This document shows, in pieces, positions 24,901 to 38,002 of a DNA stretch of 64,000 nucleotides. Position 1 is the first letter of the stretch. Every line of letters starts with the position of its first letter. Position numbers and translations under genes: made by a program. The stretch is from assembly GCF_964355755.1 (NCBI RefSeq), contig NC_092677.1:26957175-27021174 (forward strand), given 5' to 3'. Under the pieces are notes generated by a model, which had not been told where the DNA came from, did not search any database, and was given only the letters and a program-made list of their open reading frames with translations. The stretch is from Antedon mediterranea. Lineage: Eukaryota; Animalia; Echinodermata.

Positions 24901-27900
24901 AAAATGTTATTACCTCTGCCAGAATGGTGACGGTTATGTGGTTGATTGCATGTTTTTGTTTCTATATTTGAATAGCAGGATTACTCAAAAAGTAATTGCC
25001 CAATTCTCATAAGATTATTTCATAGCTGTATGGCAACACATCATTTTCATATGCATAGACAGAGGTTTGCACTCTCTGAGTGCCCTTCTAGTTTATACTT
25101 GGCTAGTGCTGGCCCATTAGACCAGTACCTCGAGAGATGGCCTAATTAACTTAATTAATTTGACAAAAAAGTGTGATGCGCCCAAATATGGTAGTGATAT
25201 AACCAAATATGGTAGTGCCATGTCCATATATGGGCACATCACAATTTGTTGTCACATAAAGTTTGATAGTGTAGCTTAACAGTGACCTGAAAGACTGCTA
25301 TTGGCAGACACCCAGCAGTCATCCATTCATAGAGAAAGTCTACATAAGGTCCACAAGACCAACTGATTTGGTATAGTGACTTTCAACATGTTTTTCTATT
25401 GGGTAATTTTTTATATTAACAAGCTGTCATTGGTAACCTAAAAACGGTGTATATAAATGCAGTCATGCATTTACAAAAACATGTCCTATATGTAATTATT
25501 CCAATCGGAACCAAGACTAATAGGAAATTAAAGAAAATGAATAAAGTAAAAATAACGGTCAATAAATTGCAAAAACATTAATAAATAATTCAAACCATAT
25601 TTGGACTTCTACTTTGACAAATCACATATGATTGAATTTAGTGATGTGTTTAAATTTAATTTATTTTAAAAAAAAGATTTGAATTATATTATGATGATAC
25701 GACGATATTGCTACTATAGGGTTAAAAGATAAGTGTTATTGGATCTTTAAAAATTCATTTGTGATAAATATTAATACTATACGTATAAAATTAATAAAAT
25801 ATGAAATTAATGATCAGTAAATGTAATAAAAATATTATTTAAATTAATTATTAGTCATATAACTAACAATAAAGACTTTCACAAAAATTATAAAAAAATA
25901 GAATATTAAATATATTAAACAAAATACTATAAATAATATAGTATTAATAAAAATATTACGTACCACAGCGACTGCTCCAGAGGCCAAGAGCTCATCAGGT
26001 GACATCACTGTGAAGTACGATATATTGACCAATAGGTATAGAATGGTCACTAACGGTATACCAATCATGATGGCCCGAGGAAGATTTCTAAAAAAAAAGA
26101 GGAGTTTCATAGGAAAACCAAAACATGAATCAATGTTAAACAATAACATCTCACAGGTATATATTCCTTAGAATATTGATCGTGGGTTCGAAGCCAATGC
26201 TTGTCGCATTGCTTGCATCCGTAGGCCAGTGTACAAATGGGTACCTTGTAATTTTGCGCTGATTACTAGCTGCATTATGGGAGTATGTTTTCATACTGGT
26301 TTGACAAAAAAATGAACGTGGTATTAAATGTACAGCGCTTGGAAGTTCACAGCTTAGGCGCTTTATAAATCCAGGATATTATTATTAGGGTATTGCTATG
26401 CACTAATAGCAGTGCAATGCTATCGTGCATGAAATTAGTAAACTTACGTATGAGGTTTAATAAGCTCTTCAGTGATGTAGTTCAGTTGATTCCTATACAA
26501 AATTACAACAAAATTGTTAAATTATTTATTATTACTTAATAACTTTAAAACACACAGGATTTTGAATAGGGCATAAGCACACTTGATCAATCATATTTAG
26601 AGAAGTTTAAGGAGAAAGGGATGGGGAAGAAGATAGCCATACAATATCACATTGAGTGAGGTTTAGGGGGAGTGGGGAAGATTGTAATACAATACATTAT
26701 ACCAAACGTCAACATTTAGGTGTTTGACCTAAATAAGTGAACAACTGAATTTGTTAAGGACCAACTTCTTCTAATACAATTAGCAATTTGAATATGGAGT
26801 AGATATGGCTTTAGCAAGGGTAAACATCTAGTTTGTTCATATCCAAGTGAACTGTTTGAATTTGTTAGATTAGGAGATACTATTTACTTAGTTTACTATT
26901 ATCAGTCTTAATCAATTTATGATTTACCAGCCATCATATGCCCAAAGTCCTTGATAAAACGCCACACCGTAGGCAAACAGATCTGTTGCAGAGCCATCGA
27001 ATGACACTGACAATTTTAAGTACTGTGTATTTCCTGAAATAAAAAAAAAATTAATTGTAATACTGTAATTTATTTATTTAAAAACAGGATAAAACCATAT
27101 GAGATATAGATGTAGCACCTGTTTTACATATGGTCCTGTTTTTAGCAAATAAAATGTGAAAAACATGCATAAAAACTGTTTAAAACTTGCTAAAAATAGT
27201 AACAATAGACAAAAAAATATAATTTATTAAATAACAATGATAAGTATACTGAAGTGTATTGAACTTGATGATCTGCTAGTTAACTTAGTGATTTGCTAGT
27301 TAACTTAGTGATCTGCTAGTTAACTTTGTGATCTGCTAGTTAACTTAGTGATCTGCTAGTTAACTTGATGATCTGCTAGTTAACTTAGTGATTTGCTAGT
27401 TAACTTAGTGATCTGCTAGTTAACTTTGTGATCTGCTAGTTAACTTAGTGATCTGCTAGTTAACTTAGTGATCTGCTAGTTAACTTAGTGATCTGCTAGT
27501 TAACTTTGTGATCTGCTAGTTAACTTAGTGATCTGCTAGTTAACTTAGTGATCTGCTAGTTAACTTAGTGATCTGCTAGTTAACTTAGTGATCTACTAGT
27601 TAACTTAGTGATCTGCTAGTTAATAAAATAAGGTTAGTTACAAAATAAGTTACCAAAGGCTACAATCAGTATTCCTAGGTTTTGCAAAAGTTTATCAATT
27701 ATTTAATCATTTTCAATTATATCCGTATTCCGTTTAAAAAACAAAATTGTTCTACCCTTTTCTTTACCCTGGACATATGCCATACATTTCAAATTAAATT
27801 CTATAATCGGTATTGTATTCACAATCTTTATAAATAGTAAAGCAAGCAGAAACCACAATATCAATAAATGGTTCAATTCCAGGGACCTTTTTAATTGTCA

Positions 27901-30900
27901 AACTTCTGTCATGGAAGGTAACATATTATATTTTGTCACCAAGAACCAGACATTTCCGTTGTTCAACTCCTTGGGGACAAATATTGTAATCAAATCTGGC
28001 TACTAATAAGCTAACTTTTTGGGAGTGTGATATAAAGTGGAGCACAACAATAATAATAATCCATAACAGTTTAGGCTTATATCGAACATTATATGTAAAT
28101 ATCTTTCCATTGGTGGACTGACAGAAGTTACTTTCTTATAAGATATAAAGTAAAATGAAATTATAAAAAATAAAAAAAAACAAATTTACCTTGACATATT
28201 TTAACAAATCCTACCAAGATGATGATAACTAATGCCAATAGCTTGGCAGCCGTAAAGAAGTTTTGAACAGATGTTGCCCATTTCACACTGGCGCAGTTCA
28301 CAAACACTATCATTACTGAAAATAAAGAAGTAAAGTTTATGGTTAGAATATTATAAGTTTGAATTGTCGATTAAACATCATAGCTAACTGTTAATGTCAA
28401 TGCACTGCATTAGCATTTAGCTAAGTCACATGTTCATTAGGTTCAATCTCTCTAATCATTATTAACATTTCAATCATCTTTTTTCCTTCTGTTTCTCCTA
28501 ACTTTTCATGCAGTTATCTTTATCATTAGGTCATTTATGTGGCCCAAGACTGACCAACAATTTTATCAATATCTTAGTTCTGATTTTTTTTTGGTCATTT
28601 AAATCAACTAAAGTAAAATTTCCTCCAGGTAGACTTTGATTTTTTAATTGAAGTATGTGCGCAACATAACAATTTATTGTATGGCCTCATCACAATCTTC
28701 AATGTAAAAATCATCATCTTTAGCTGAATTTAACATTCTTACCATGATTGTCATCATAGTCATAATTCAATTCAATTCTGGTTTATTAAGAATCTAAGTG
28801 GCATTGCAGAAAAATATGAATTGCGCCAAAATTAACATTATAATATAAAAAGTATAACAAAATATAAAATCAAATTCAAATTCCATAATAAAATAATGTT
28901 TTTATTTTTGAAAAATGCAATGTGGTGAAAAAATGATGCATACTTACGTATACAGAGGGCGGCAAACAACTTAACCGCCAAAGTTGGGGGTTCACAATCG
29001 TCAGGAAAAAATGGGTCGGCAATGTACGCGCCGAAGCTGAGAGCGATGGCAGCGACGGATGAAGGTTTCAATACCATGATTGATGTCCATGAAAACAAGT
29101 AAGCAGGGATCGGTCCAAGTGTCTCGTATAGGTATACATACTCGCCACCCGACTTTGTTATGATAGTGCCCAGTTCGGCGTAACATAACGCACCTAATTA
29201 TAAATGGATGAATGGTATGAAAATGAAATATATGAGTATAAAATGTTGCTGAAATTGTTGATTTTACTCAATCTCTACAGTGAAAAATAATGGTTAATGG
29301 TTTTAAATTTGTAAGCACACAAAAGTGATTCACAGTCAACTTTAAAAAATCTACACCACCTTCGTTCCCATCCACAATTATTGCAATTTGACAAGTCAGG
29401 TTTTTTAACCGACAATTTCTAAAAGTAGACGCTGGCTCCTTTGCCAAAAATCTAGGTTAGAGTATTTTGAAGAATTCACTGTTTAAAACCAACTGAAGAC
29501 AATGAAAGAATGTGTTGGCTGACACATTGATAGTTTGATAGTGAGTATGTGGAAAATGGTATTTAACATGGGTAAGATGCAGTATAAGATGATACTACCA
29601 CATAAACCCTTTAACTCACTGATACAAACAGACCCCATTAGTTTAATACAGAGAGCTGGTGGTGGACATTCATCAGAGAAGAAAGGCTGCGCCACGTAAC
29701 TAGCAAAGGACAGACTGATGATGGCGACAGACGAGGGTTTAAGGATGAGCATTGACACCCATCCGAATAAGAAAGCCCACACATCGTGGAATGTGTATCT
29801 AAGGTATGTGTATTCGCCGCCTGACTTGGGGATCATTGTTCCAAGTTCTGCGTAACAGAGTGCTCCTAATGTTAGAGAAAAAGAGTAAATATCTAAAGCC
29901 TCTCTACATAGCAAGGAAAAAAATTATTTTTAATTATACAGTAATATTATATATTGGAAGTGTGTATTGTATTGTAGGTGAAAATATAAAAAAAATTAAA
30001 ATTAATAATTAAACATTACACTGTTACATTACATGATGATGTGTTGTTCTCCAAAACATGAAAACTAATAAAATGATTACATTTATACAAATGTTTACAT
30101 TTAACAAGTAATCCAGCATCTCCCAGCCAACCAGCTTCCGGTTGAATGATTTTTCTTTTAGATTAAAATTTTATGAGGTAAATATTTGTTTGCCGATTCA
30201 TTTTTTGCTGTCAAAGTGAATCTATATGTGACAAAACCTTTTCCTGTTCCTACCTTCAGATAAATCTAATTTGTTTGCAACATATACAATACTTTAACTG
30301 AATGGACACACTTTTCTACTTTAGGCATCTCAGAAGATCATGCCGCATCAGAACTGGTATATACCAGTTTTGATTATAGCCATTTCCACCATTATTTCCC
30401 CCAGTAAATTAATGTTGTCATAAAATCAAATGATTGATTATGTTTTTTTTTCTTCTAAATATAAAATGCATAAAGTATTAAATTCTTAAGCCTGTCAGTC
30501 TTATATTATTATCGATATATTACAAATCGATTGAAAATAATTATTGCCCTAAAAAACGGAAATTCTTCGTATAAAATGATTTATACTAGACATTGTAGTG
30601 AGCCGAAATATCGAGGAAACAATAAAATTCTGTGTGAAGATGTTATAATACAGTTTTGTATAGAAACAAAACAACTGATCTAATTATGAATTTCTACCTA
30701 CACACTATACACCTGGTGGTAGTGAATTAGGCCTACACCATGCTGCCATTAATGATAGCTGTCTGTGACATTCCAATCACGTAGTCTAGCTATGTTTTGC
30801 TATGCTATTTGTAACTTGTTCAATTTCATTTAATTAAAAATGTATTGTCCTCCAAAAACATAAAAAATGAAGATTAATTAAATCAGACTTTGAATTATTT

Positions 30901-31508
30901 TTGTAGTTTTAATAAAGTTAATCACTTCCATAGGAAAAATGTTTTCACTTATAAAATGACAAAATAAATGGTAAAATTCAACGAAAAATCCATTGGATTG
31001 CCAGCCAATTTGACTATTTTTTGCTTTAAATTACAGTTGTTTCAGGTAAATACAGTTTTTTTCGATCCAATTTTTGGTCAAAATGGATAACTATTAAGTA
31101 ACATTAAAATGGCATATTTCAAGGGGAAAATACATCTTTAATTTACAGCTTCAGTCTTTAAATAAAACTAAAAAGACAGAGAACCTAAGAGGTACATGCT
31201 GAATTAAATGTCATACATGGAAATGATGTTTTTATAATGCATAGCTTACCAAACATTGATATTATACCACATAACAACCAGATGATCAAACTCATTCCAA
31301 CACTCTCCGTCTGTCTTAGTACGCCCTTTGGTGAAACAAAGATCCCAGACCCGATCATGGTACCGACGATGAGAGCAATACCGCTCACAAGGCTTACTTG
31401 ACGTTTAAGTCCGACCTTTTCACCGGGGTCATCTTCTAATGCCAATTTACTCTTGTCTATTCCATTTTCTTCTTTGTGCGGAACTTCTCGTTCTCGTAAT
31501 TCCGCCAT
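18901..31508 (-). CDS. SLC7A9: b(0,+)-type amino acid transporter 1-like (SLC7A9-like) paralog B; 504 aa per isoform, with duplicated exons 2 and 7
   Basis: Exons 31250-31508, [29620-29865 or 28948-29193], 28190-28315, 26928-27033, 26448-26492, 25964-26087, [23306-23409 or 21515-21618], 20567-20663, 19960-20109, 19308-19476, 18901-18989; total 1515 nt. Motifs [55 protein letters not shown] are typical of b(0,+)AT. Confidence 0.93.
19570..19727. mobile_element. Tourist-like MITE; partial copies also at ~10190-10250, 19110-19222, 21125-21232, 22770-22892, 25155-25275, 38787-38895, 48290-48405, 61555-61588
   Basis: Shared core CCCAAATATGGTAGTGATAT and TIR ATAGTGTAGACAGAGCT. Confidence 0.8.
20290..20367 (-). 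pseudogene. Degenerate tRNA-like sequence (SINE head or pseudo-tRNA)
   Basis: Minus strand has A-box-like TGGTCTCATGG, B-box-like GGTTTCGAATC and a T-run. Stems are imperfect. Confidence 0.35.
21515..21618 (-). CDS. Paralog B alternative exon 7b ([35 protein letters not shown])
   Basis: CAG| and |GTAAAC sites, 104 nt, phase 0-2. Confidence 0.92.
23306..23409 (-). CDS. Paralog B alternative exon 7a ([35 protein letters not shown])
   Basis: TAG| and |GTATAA sites, 104 nt, phase 0-2. 30/35 aa identical to 7b. Confidence 0.9.
23530..23705. repeat. Degenerate ~40 bp tandem repeat (AAGACAGTTGGCCATTTTGTAGAAGTGGTCAAGT), ~4 copies
   Basis: Direct reading. Confidence 0.8.
26178..26387 (+). mobile_element. 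tRNA-derived SINE, internally deleted
   Basis: GGTTCGAAGCC, AAATGGGTACC, GGGAGTATGTTT and a TATTATTATT tail. Same family as 11626-11912. Confidence 0.6.
27261..27623. repeat. 20 bp minisatellite (TAACTTAGTGATCTGCTAGT), ~18 copies
   Basis: Direct reading. Confidence 0.97.
28948..29193 (-). CDS. Paralog B alternative exon 2b ([19 protein letters not shown]...[17 protein letters not shown])
   Basis: TAG| and |GTAAGT sites, 246 nt, phase 1-1. Confidence 0.92.
29620..29865 (-). CDS. Paralog B alternative exon 2a ([19 protein letters not shown]...[17 protein letters not shown])
   Basis: TAG| and |GTGAGT sites, 246 nt, phase 1-1. 50/82 aa identical to 2b. Confidence 0.92.
30838..31137. mobile_element. 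Non-autonomous DNA transposon with TTAA TSD (Kolobok-like); related sequence at ~58660-59800
   Basis: TTAA-AAATGTATTGTCC...GGGGAAAATACATCT-TTAA. Internal blocks TTGTAGTTTTAATAAAGTTAATCACTT and TTTCGATCCAATTTTTGGTCAAA recur at ~58730 and ~59700. Confidence 0.55.
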
Positions 31509-31830
31509 TCATAAACAAAACCGTCCTAACAATTCTGAGGAAAACAAACGTATAATTTACATGTGTACCGACAACTAAGCTCACTTTAGTGTTTAATTCG
31601 CCATGGAAACCTTTAAACCTAAACAGACTCATTGTAAGGATACAATAATCAACACCTATTAATCATTAATTAATAACATTATATTAGTTGTCCAGCAGTC
31701 AGCAACTCCTGTACAGTTCTTCAACTCATACTATTATACCAATAATTTACGCTGATAATTTTATAGTTATATATGGTATACTGTAGGTTATTATCAATGT
31801 TTTTCAAAGTTTTATATTTTATACACATAA

Positions 31831-32206
31831 AGCCTATTTTCCACTAGGCGAATTTGTTCGCGCGAATCGAAAGCGTCATGCTATGCGCATGCGTATTCAA
31901 GTTTCTGTCTGTCATACTCCCTTCTTCGACGAATTCTAGTTCCTTTGATTTTTCGCTTCAGCGAAATTTACTAGTTCGAATTGTTTCTACTTTTTGCGAA
32001 ACGAAATATTGCGCAACCAATCGGAGCTCAGGAAATGAACTATGACGCTTTCATGAGCACTCATGCGAATCGAAATGCTCAGCAACCACGCGAGGAACAT
32101 GAACGTCGCAGCTATTCGCTCATGTAGTGGAAAAAGAGTAGGCGATTTTTTTTATCTTCGAAACGTTGGATTCGCGCGAACAAATTTGCCTAGTGGAAAA
32201 TCGGCT
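31831..32206. mobile_element. PIF/Harbinger MITE, second family; 376 bp with ~38 bp TIRs
   Basis: AGCCTATTTTCCACTAGGCGAATTTGTTCGCGCGAATC...GATTCGCGCGAACAAATTTGCCTAGTGGAAAATCGGCT, with TAA on both sides. Confidence 0.88.
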
Positions 32207-32729
32207 TAATAGAAACTTCGCACCCGGCACTACCCGTCAATAACATTGATAGCAGTAGTGAATAATCATGATCATATAAGTGATTTGATGATACACAGTA
32301 AACCAAGTGTAACCTTATCTAAAGTTAATCAACTATTAAATGAATATTAATCATTACTGGGTTTTATGAGAATAGTCAGTAAAGTGTGGATTACATATGT
32401 TAAGTATGCCAATCTGGAGCTAAACAATTAAAAGTACTAAGTGCGAGATATATTCATAGTATGAATGAATTTTATACTTATATGAATATATTAATAGATA
32501 ATTAAGAAAAAAGAGGATTTAACATATGGGTCTGTAAAGAAATCTATGAGGCTTTGAATTCATAATAGCATCCCTGAATGAATTTTATACTGGGTATAGG
32601 AATACATTAATAAATAAATTAAGAAACAAGGAAACAGTGTATGATTTAACATGTTACGGACATAGTTGCGTGGGTCTAAAAACAAATGTAAAAGGCTTTG
32701 AATCTGTGCAATTCCTCGTCTCTGTTTAA

Positions 32730-32880
32730 AGCTCCTTCTACACTATCAATCTTTATGTGAAAAAAAAATTAATATGCCCATATGGACATGATGATGTCAT
32801 ATCTACCATATTTAGGCATATCAATACCGTATTTGGGCACACACTATTTTTGTCAAACTAGTTTTAGTGTAGACAGAGCT
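32730..32880. mobile_element. Tourist-like MITE, AGCTCTGTCTACACT family
   Basis: TIRs and TAA TSD. Confidence 0.8.
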
Positions 32881-35692
32881 TAAACACAGACGAGGAATTT
32901 TAAATTTCATGTTTTTTATATTTTTTTCAAATAATGGAGATACTGTACAAACATGCCTTCATGATATTGAACAATAATACTTTTGTTGTAACACCAATAG
33001 GACAACATGTACCCCAAACAAGAACCACACACTGTACTAAAAACTACCTGTTATTCAACATGAAACATAAAAGTTGAAAAGTAATATACCACCACGAGAA
33101 GAACATCTCTTTGTAAGTAAGCTGAAACCAGTTTATAAATGGATATTATCATTAGCATATTGTTGTAAACGCAATAGCCTGGAGCAAACATCACATGTGA
33201 ATCACAAAAAATATAACCACGAAAAAGAACAACATGTTTTGTGGCAACCAACCTGAATAGTTACAAATAACAAGTTGGTGTACTGACCTTAAAATGAAGT
33301 AGCACGAAAGTAGCAATTCCTCGCAATCTAGTGTGCGGCGGTAGGAGAATAAAAAACTGACTACTAACTTTACAAGTAAATTTAAATTATCAGAACATAG
33401 GTCTGTATAAGTCAATATTTGCACAGGTCAGTGATGTCAAACAATACAAACAGTTTTATGAAAAAGATACCAAAAGAAAGTTTACCATTACAAAGACTTG
33501 AAAAGTAACTGACCAATCAAAACGTCTGCCTCTAATCCTGAGACACTTGAGCGCCTGTAAGAGCCATTGAACACAACAATGATTGTTCCACTGTTTCCCT
33601 GCTACCATTGTAAAAAGACTTGTTATGTCTAGGTCTCTTTAAAAATTCTTTAAGCCTGGTAGCAATGTTTGCATACGGTTCTTAAGTTTATATAAGAGAG
33701 AATTGAATGTGAACCAAAAAACTACAGGGTTGGAGAAGCTTGTTATAATGCCATAAGTGTTTTAGCTTTAGTGCAGGGCCTCGATTCATCCTAAATTTTG
33801 TTAAATTGCATACTTTTTCTAAACACTTTAAAGGCAACTGTAAACACTCAACCTTTTGAATAAATACAACATGTTATGTTATTTTAAACTCTTGATATTT
33901 TTAGTGATTTTGTGGTAACATTTTTGTAAAAACTACAAATACACAATTTTGATTTTAAAATGTATTAAGGAGTCACGTCAAAATGATTCTACTGCCTTTA
34001 CTGCAGTATTACATTCTCATTAAACCTGTTTACAATTATTATTATTCAATTTAATTATTAATTATTGCTTAGTCATATGTTTTTGCAGTAAAAAAATGTA
34101 ATTACTGCAGTAATCACCATGTCTGAACTGGTAACTACCCAGTGGGCACAGAACATAATTTCAACGTTGAATCAACGTTGAAATATAGTTGATTGATATT
34201 ATTTGTAGTTAGTGTCCATATTATCATTTTATTAGTCAATTCCAGGTCAATAAATAGATTATTTCTATTGAAACTCAAAATTAGAATGGGTTGTACCCTA
34301 CTTTAAAGTGCAAAGGTTGATAGATAGCACCGGAGTAACTAAATTTTGACAACTGCAACATCCACAAAATAAAAAATATACAAGCATGGAGTAAAGAATA
34401 ATTATAATAATATTTCTTTATTCCATGCTGAAAGTAACAATATTAAGTTGAGACCAATTAGAAAAAAATTATTTTTAAAAATCAACATTTGTCACAAAGA
34501 TAAAACCTTTTGTAGGAATTGAACCAAAGACCGTACAATTACAAGCAAACAATTAAAAACCAGGCTACAGTGCCATTTTAATTACACAATTACCATTGAA
34601 TTAAAAAATATCTATATGAAAATATGAAGTTGAACACAATCTGTCACACTTACTTTTATATTAATGCTTCCTATAATATTCCCTGGATAGTAATAATTTG
34701 GCAGATAGATAGCTACAATACAACCAAACCTGTCAATACAGCAGCACTGCTAATACACATGCAAAAAATGCTAACTATGTACAGTCTAGTACTGAATGAA
34801 CGCTATCTACGGACGGACGAGGGCAGCAAACAAAACTTGACTCTAAAGTGCAAAGGTGAATAGTAGTGCTCAGTTTGAAAAGTAAATTATTTTATCAATC
34901 AATCAATCAATCAATCAAGAGTTTATTTATTTCAATCGTTAAAAACTGAATTATAACAAACAATCGTTACAATTTATAAAAATAGCAAAAATTGGATAAA
35001 TAATTTAACATGAATATTAACATCACTATCAATTATATACAACAAACATAAAACATTTACTTTTACATACAGAAATTGAAATGGGAAAAAAAATTCCCAA
35101 ATGTAAAGTGACACCATCTCCTCACCTACATTTGTACATTAATAATATAATGGTGAACTACCGTATTGATTATGCGATTATTAGGGACAGCAGCCTGATT
35201 TAATATTAGATCTCCTAGGCTTCTAATAATAGTCTGTGAAGACGACTCCCTAGGCAGAATAGCAATGACGTCTTCATTAGCCTCCATCCTTCTTTGATTT
35301 CTTGTCCATGCCAAATACACCCCAGGCTACAGGGACTTAATCTAAAGCCTTAAAACTCAACTAATCGAACTATACTCAATGGTTCTATCTCTTACCTATC
35401 AAGATATAACTGTTGAATTCAGGTCTAGTTGAAATAATCAACAGAAGCGAGAAAAAGGGCGATTATTGACCAGTACTAAAATGACAGCGTGATAATTACC
35501 AATAAATGACTTAATGAGCAGTGAGTGAATTAAGAGTCATTAAACACATTGTTAAATGTTATTGCTGAATGTAAGCCATTTAACATTTAAAACAACATTG
35601 ATTTATGTTTAAAATGATATTGATTTGTGATTCTTTCTGAAAGTCCTTAAAGTGGCATACAGTATTTTATTTACTTTGAAAAATAAAAGCAC

Positions 35693-36033
35693 TTAACCAA
35701 ATGTTTCTTGGGTAAGCTTAAGCCAAATGTTTCTTGGGTAAGCTTAAGCCAAATGTTTCTTGGGTAAGCTTAAACCAAATGTTTCTTGGGTAAGCTTAAA
35801 CCAAATGTTTCTTGGGTAAGCTTAAACCAAATGTTTCTTGGGTAAGCTTAAACCAAATGTTTCTTGGGTAAGCTTAAACCAAATGTTTCTTGGGTAAGCT
35901 TAAACCAAATGTTTCTTGGGTAAGCTTAAACAAAATGTTTCTTGGGTAAAGCTTAAACCAAATGTTTCTTGGGTAAGCTTAAACCAAATGTTTCTTGGGT
36001 AAGCTTAAACCAAATGTTTCTTGGGTAAGCTTA
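35693..36033. repeat. 26 bp minisatellite (TTAAACCAAATGTTTCTTGGGTAAGC), ~13 copies
   Basis: Direct reading; abuts a MITE. Confidence 0.97.
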
Positions 36034-36187
36034 AGCTCTGTCTACACTATCAAACTTTATGTGACAACAAATTGTGATATGCCCATATATGGATGATGTC
36101 ATATCACTACCATATTTGGGCATACCACTACAGTGCCATTATTATTATTTTTTGTCAAACTACGGTAGTTTGATTGTAGACAGAGCT
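36034..36187. mobile_element. Tourist-like MITE, AGCTCTGTCTACACT family
   Basis: TIRs and TTA TSD. Confidence 0.85.
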
Positions 36188-36769
36188 TTAGTTAGATGGA
36201 GTAAAAAAACAAATAATTGCTGGCAAAAAGAGGCTTTGGGTGTACTGTACATTGAAAAACAACTTTTAAAAAGTGTTCATAAAATTTAGACCACCTATCT
36301 ATCTATCTATCTAGAGAGTGTACAAAATAACTACACAGTATCAATGGCTATGAATAGGCCAGGATATATCAAATCAAGTGTCACCTGGTTAGAAGCCTTG
36401 CTGTGCATTGGTATCTATCACTGACGTATTCATTTATGAGTACAGCATCATCAAACATTCAAATGGTATTGTGTTGAAATGCCTACCACATTATTAACTG
36501 TGTTCATTATCATTTTTCTTTCAGTTTTTTTTATAGATACTTGGATACCACAGTATGTATAGACTGTAGTTGTAATGATTTTTTTTCACAAGAAAAAAGT
36601 ATTATGGTGTGTTTTTAATGCTAAAATTAAGTCCTCAAGAAAAGTCTGCTTTGGGAGAATGCTGGTTTTGGTTTTCAGAGAGTTCGTCCGGTATTAGGAT
36701 AGCTGACTGTACAAGATTGGTACAACATTGTTTATTGGTATGACTGTTACATATTATGGATCCTGTCGA

Positions 36770-37075
36770 CTTAGCAGGGGATTAAATGGGGACTCAAATA
36801 GGAGTACACTTTACAGCAAGGGGTAGAATAGGGACCCTCAGGGATACATTTTTAAGGAACCTATCCACTTTGCAGGCAATATAATTGAGACCATAATAGG
36901 GTACACTGCCTCCCCTGTCTACTTTGCAGGGGGTAAAATAGGGACTATTAGGGATACACTGCCTCCCTGTTTAAAGTACTTTGCAGGGGGTAAAATAGGG
37001 ACTATTAGGGATACACTGCCTCCCTGTTTAAAGTACTTTGCAGGGGGGAGAATGGGGATTCCTTTATATGTACAC
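36770..37075. repeat. Degenerate ~57 bp tandem repeat
   Basis: ACTTTGCAGGGGGTAAAATAGGGACTATTAGGGATACACTGCCTCCC: two exact copies plus diverged ones. Confidence 0.8.
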
Positions 37076-38002
37076 CCACCATGGTATTGCTTTAACTTGT
37101 TTCATAACCTTCATTTTATAGTCATCCATGACGGCAATCCGCAACTCATTGATCGATAACATCAGCAGGATATTAGAATCAGAGCATGGTATAAATTAAC
37201 GACCAATTCCAAACTCGCATCAAAAGAGCAATTTAGTGAACCATGAGTAAATATCCCAATTACAATTCCCTTGCTATCCTCATTGTCTTCAAATGTGGGA
37301 ATATCGACAGTTTAGTAAGATTTCACTATACCATCATAAGTTGTATTGATCAGGCAGGTTAGTTGTTTAAAGATGAATGGATCCTATATACTACGCTGTC
37401 ATCACAAAATTGACGAGTCGCCATAATCAATAACATCAAAAAGGTGACAATTGGGTTTTAAGTGAAATTGTTTGTGAGATAATACTACAGTATATATATT
37501 AATAAATATTTTTTTATAATTAAAAAATGATTACTTTGGTCTCCAAGTGCAGCATGTGACTCAAGGTCAGTATCCAGCTGACCCAATAGTATTTATCATT
37601 TGATAAGAAGCCAATATCAGTAACTTTTGGCTACATGCCAAATCATGTGTCTTGTTGATGTCACACTTCCAAAGCAACGTAAATAAAATAGTAAACATTA
37701 TACGCGATTAACTAATTTATTTGGGGCTGGGCCAAAATAATTGTGTAATTAAGCTTCAAATCAACATAAATAAATAGTAATTAAATTATTTGGTCCTGGG
37801 CCAAAATGTGTAATTAGTCTTCAAATCAACATAAATAAATAGTAAACATGATTTCATTTCATCACATACATAATACAAAATTAATATACAGTATAAAGGC
37901 AACGTAACTATTAAAACGATATAATACTCTCTCAAAAATAAGAGAGTAATGAAATTAAAGAAAAAAAAAAATAATGTATCGCAAAAAAACACTTAATAAT
38001 AA

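Noticed and set aside
27768-27890. Possible duplicate of exon 3 ending ...ATATGTCCAGG|GTAAAG
   Set aside because: Only a short match to the real exon end, no credible acceptor and no homology over the rest.
28948-29865. Exons 2a and 7a as remnants of a separate nested or interleaved SLC7 gene
   Set aside because: No second copies of the other nine exons were found in these introns, and each duplicate sits directly before its twin with a matching phase.
34505-34575. tRNA gene on the minus strand
   Set aside because: Only a decayed B-box-like motif; no consistent cloverleaf.
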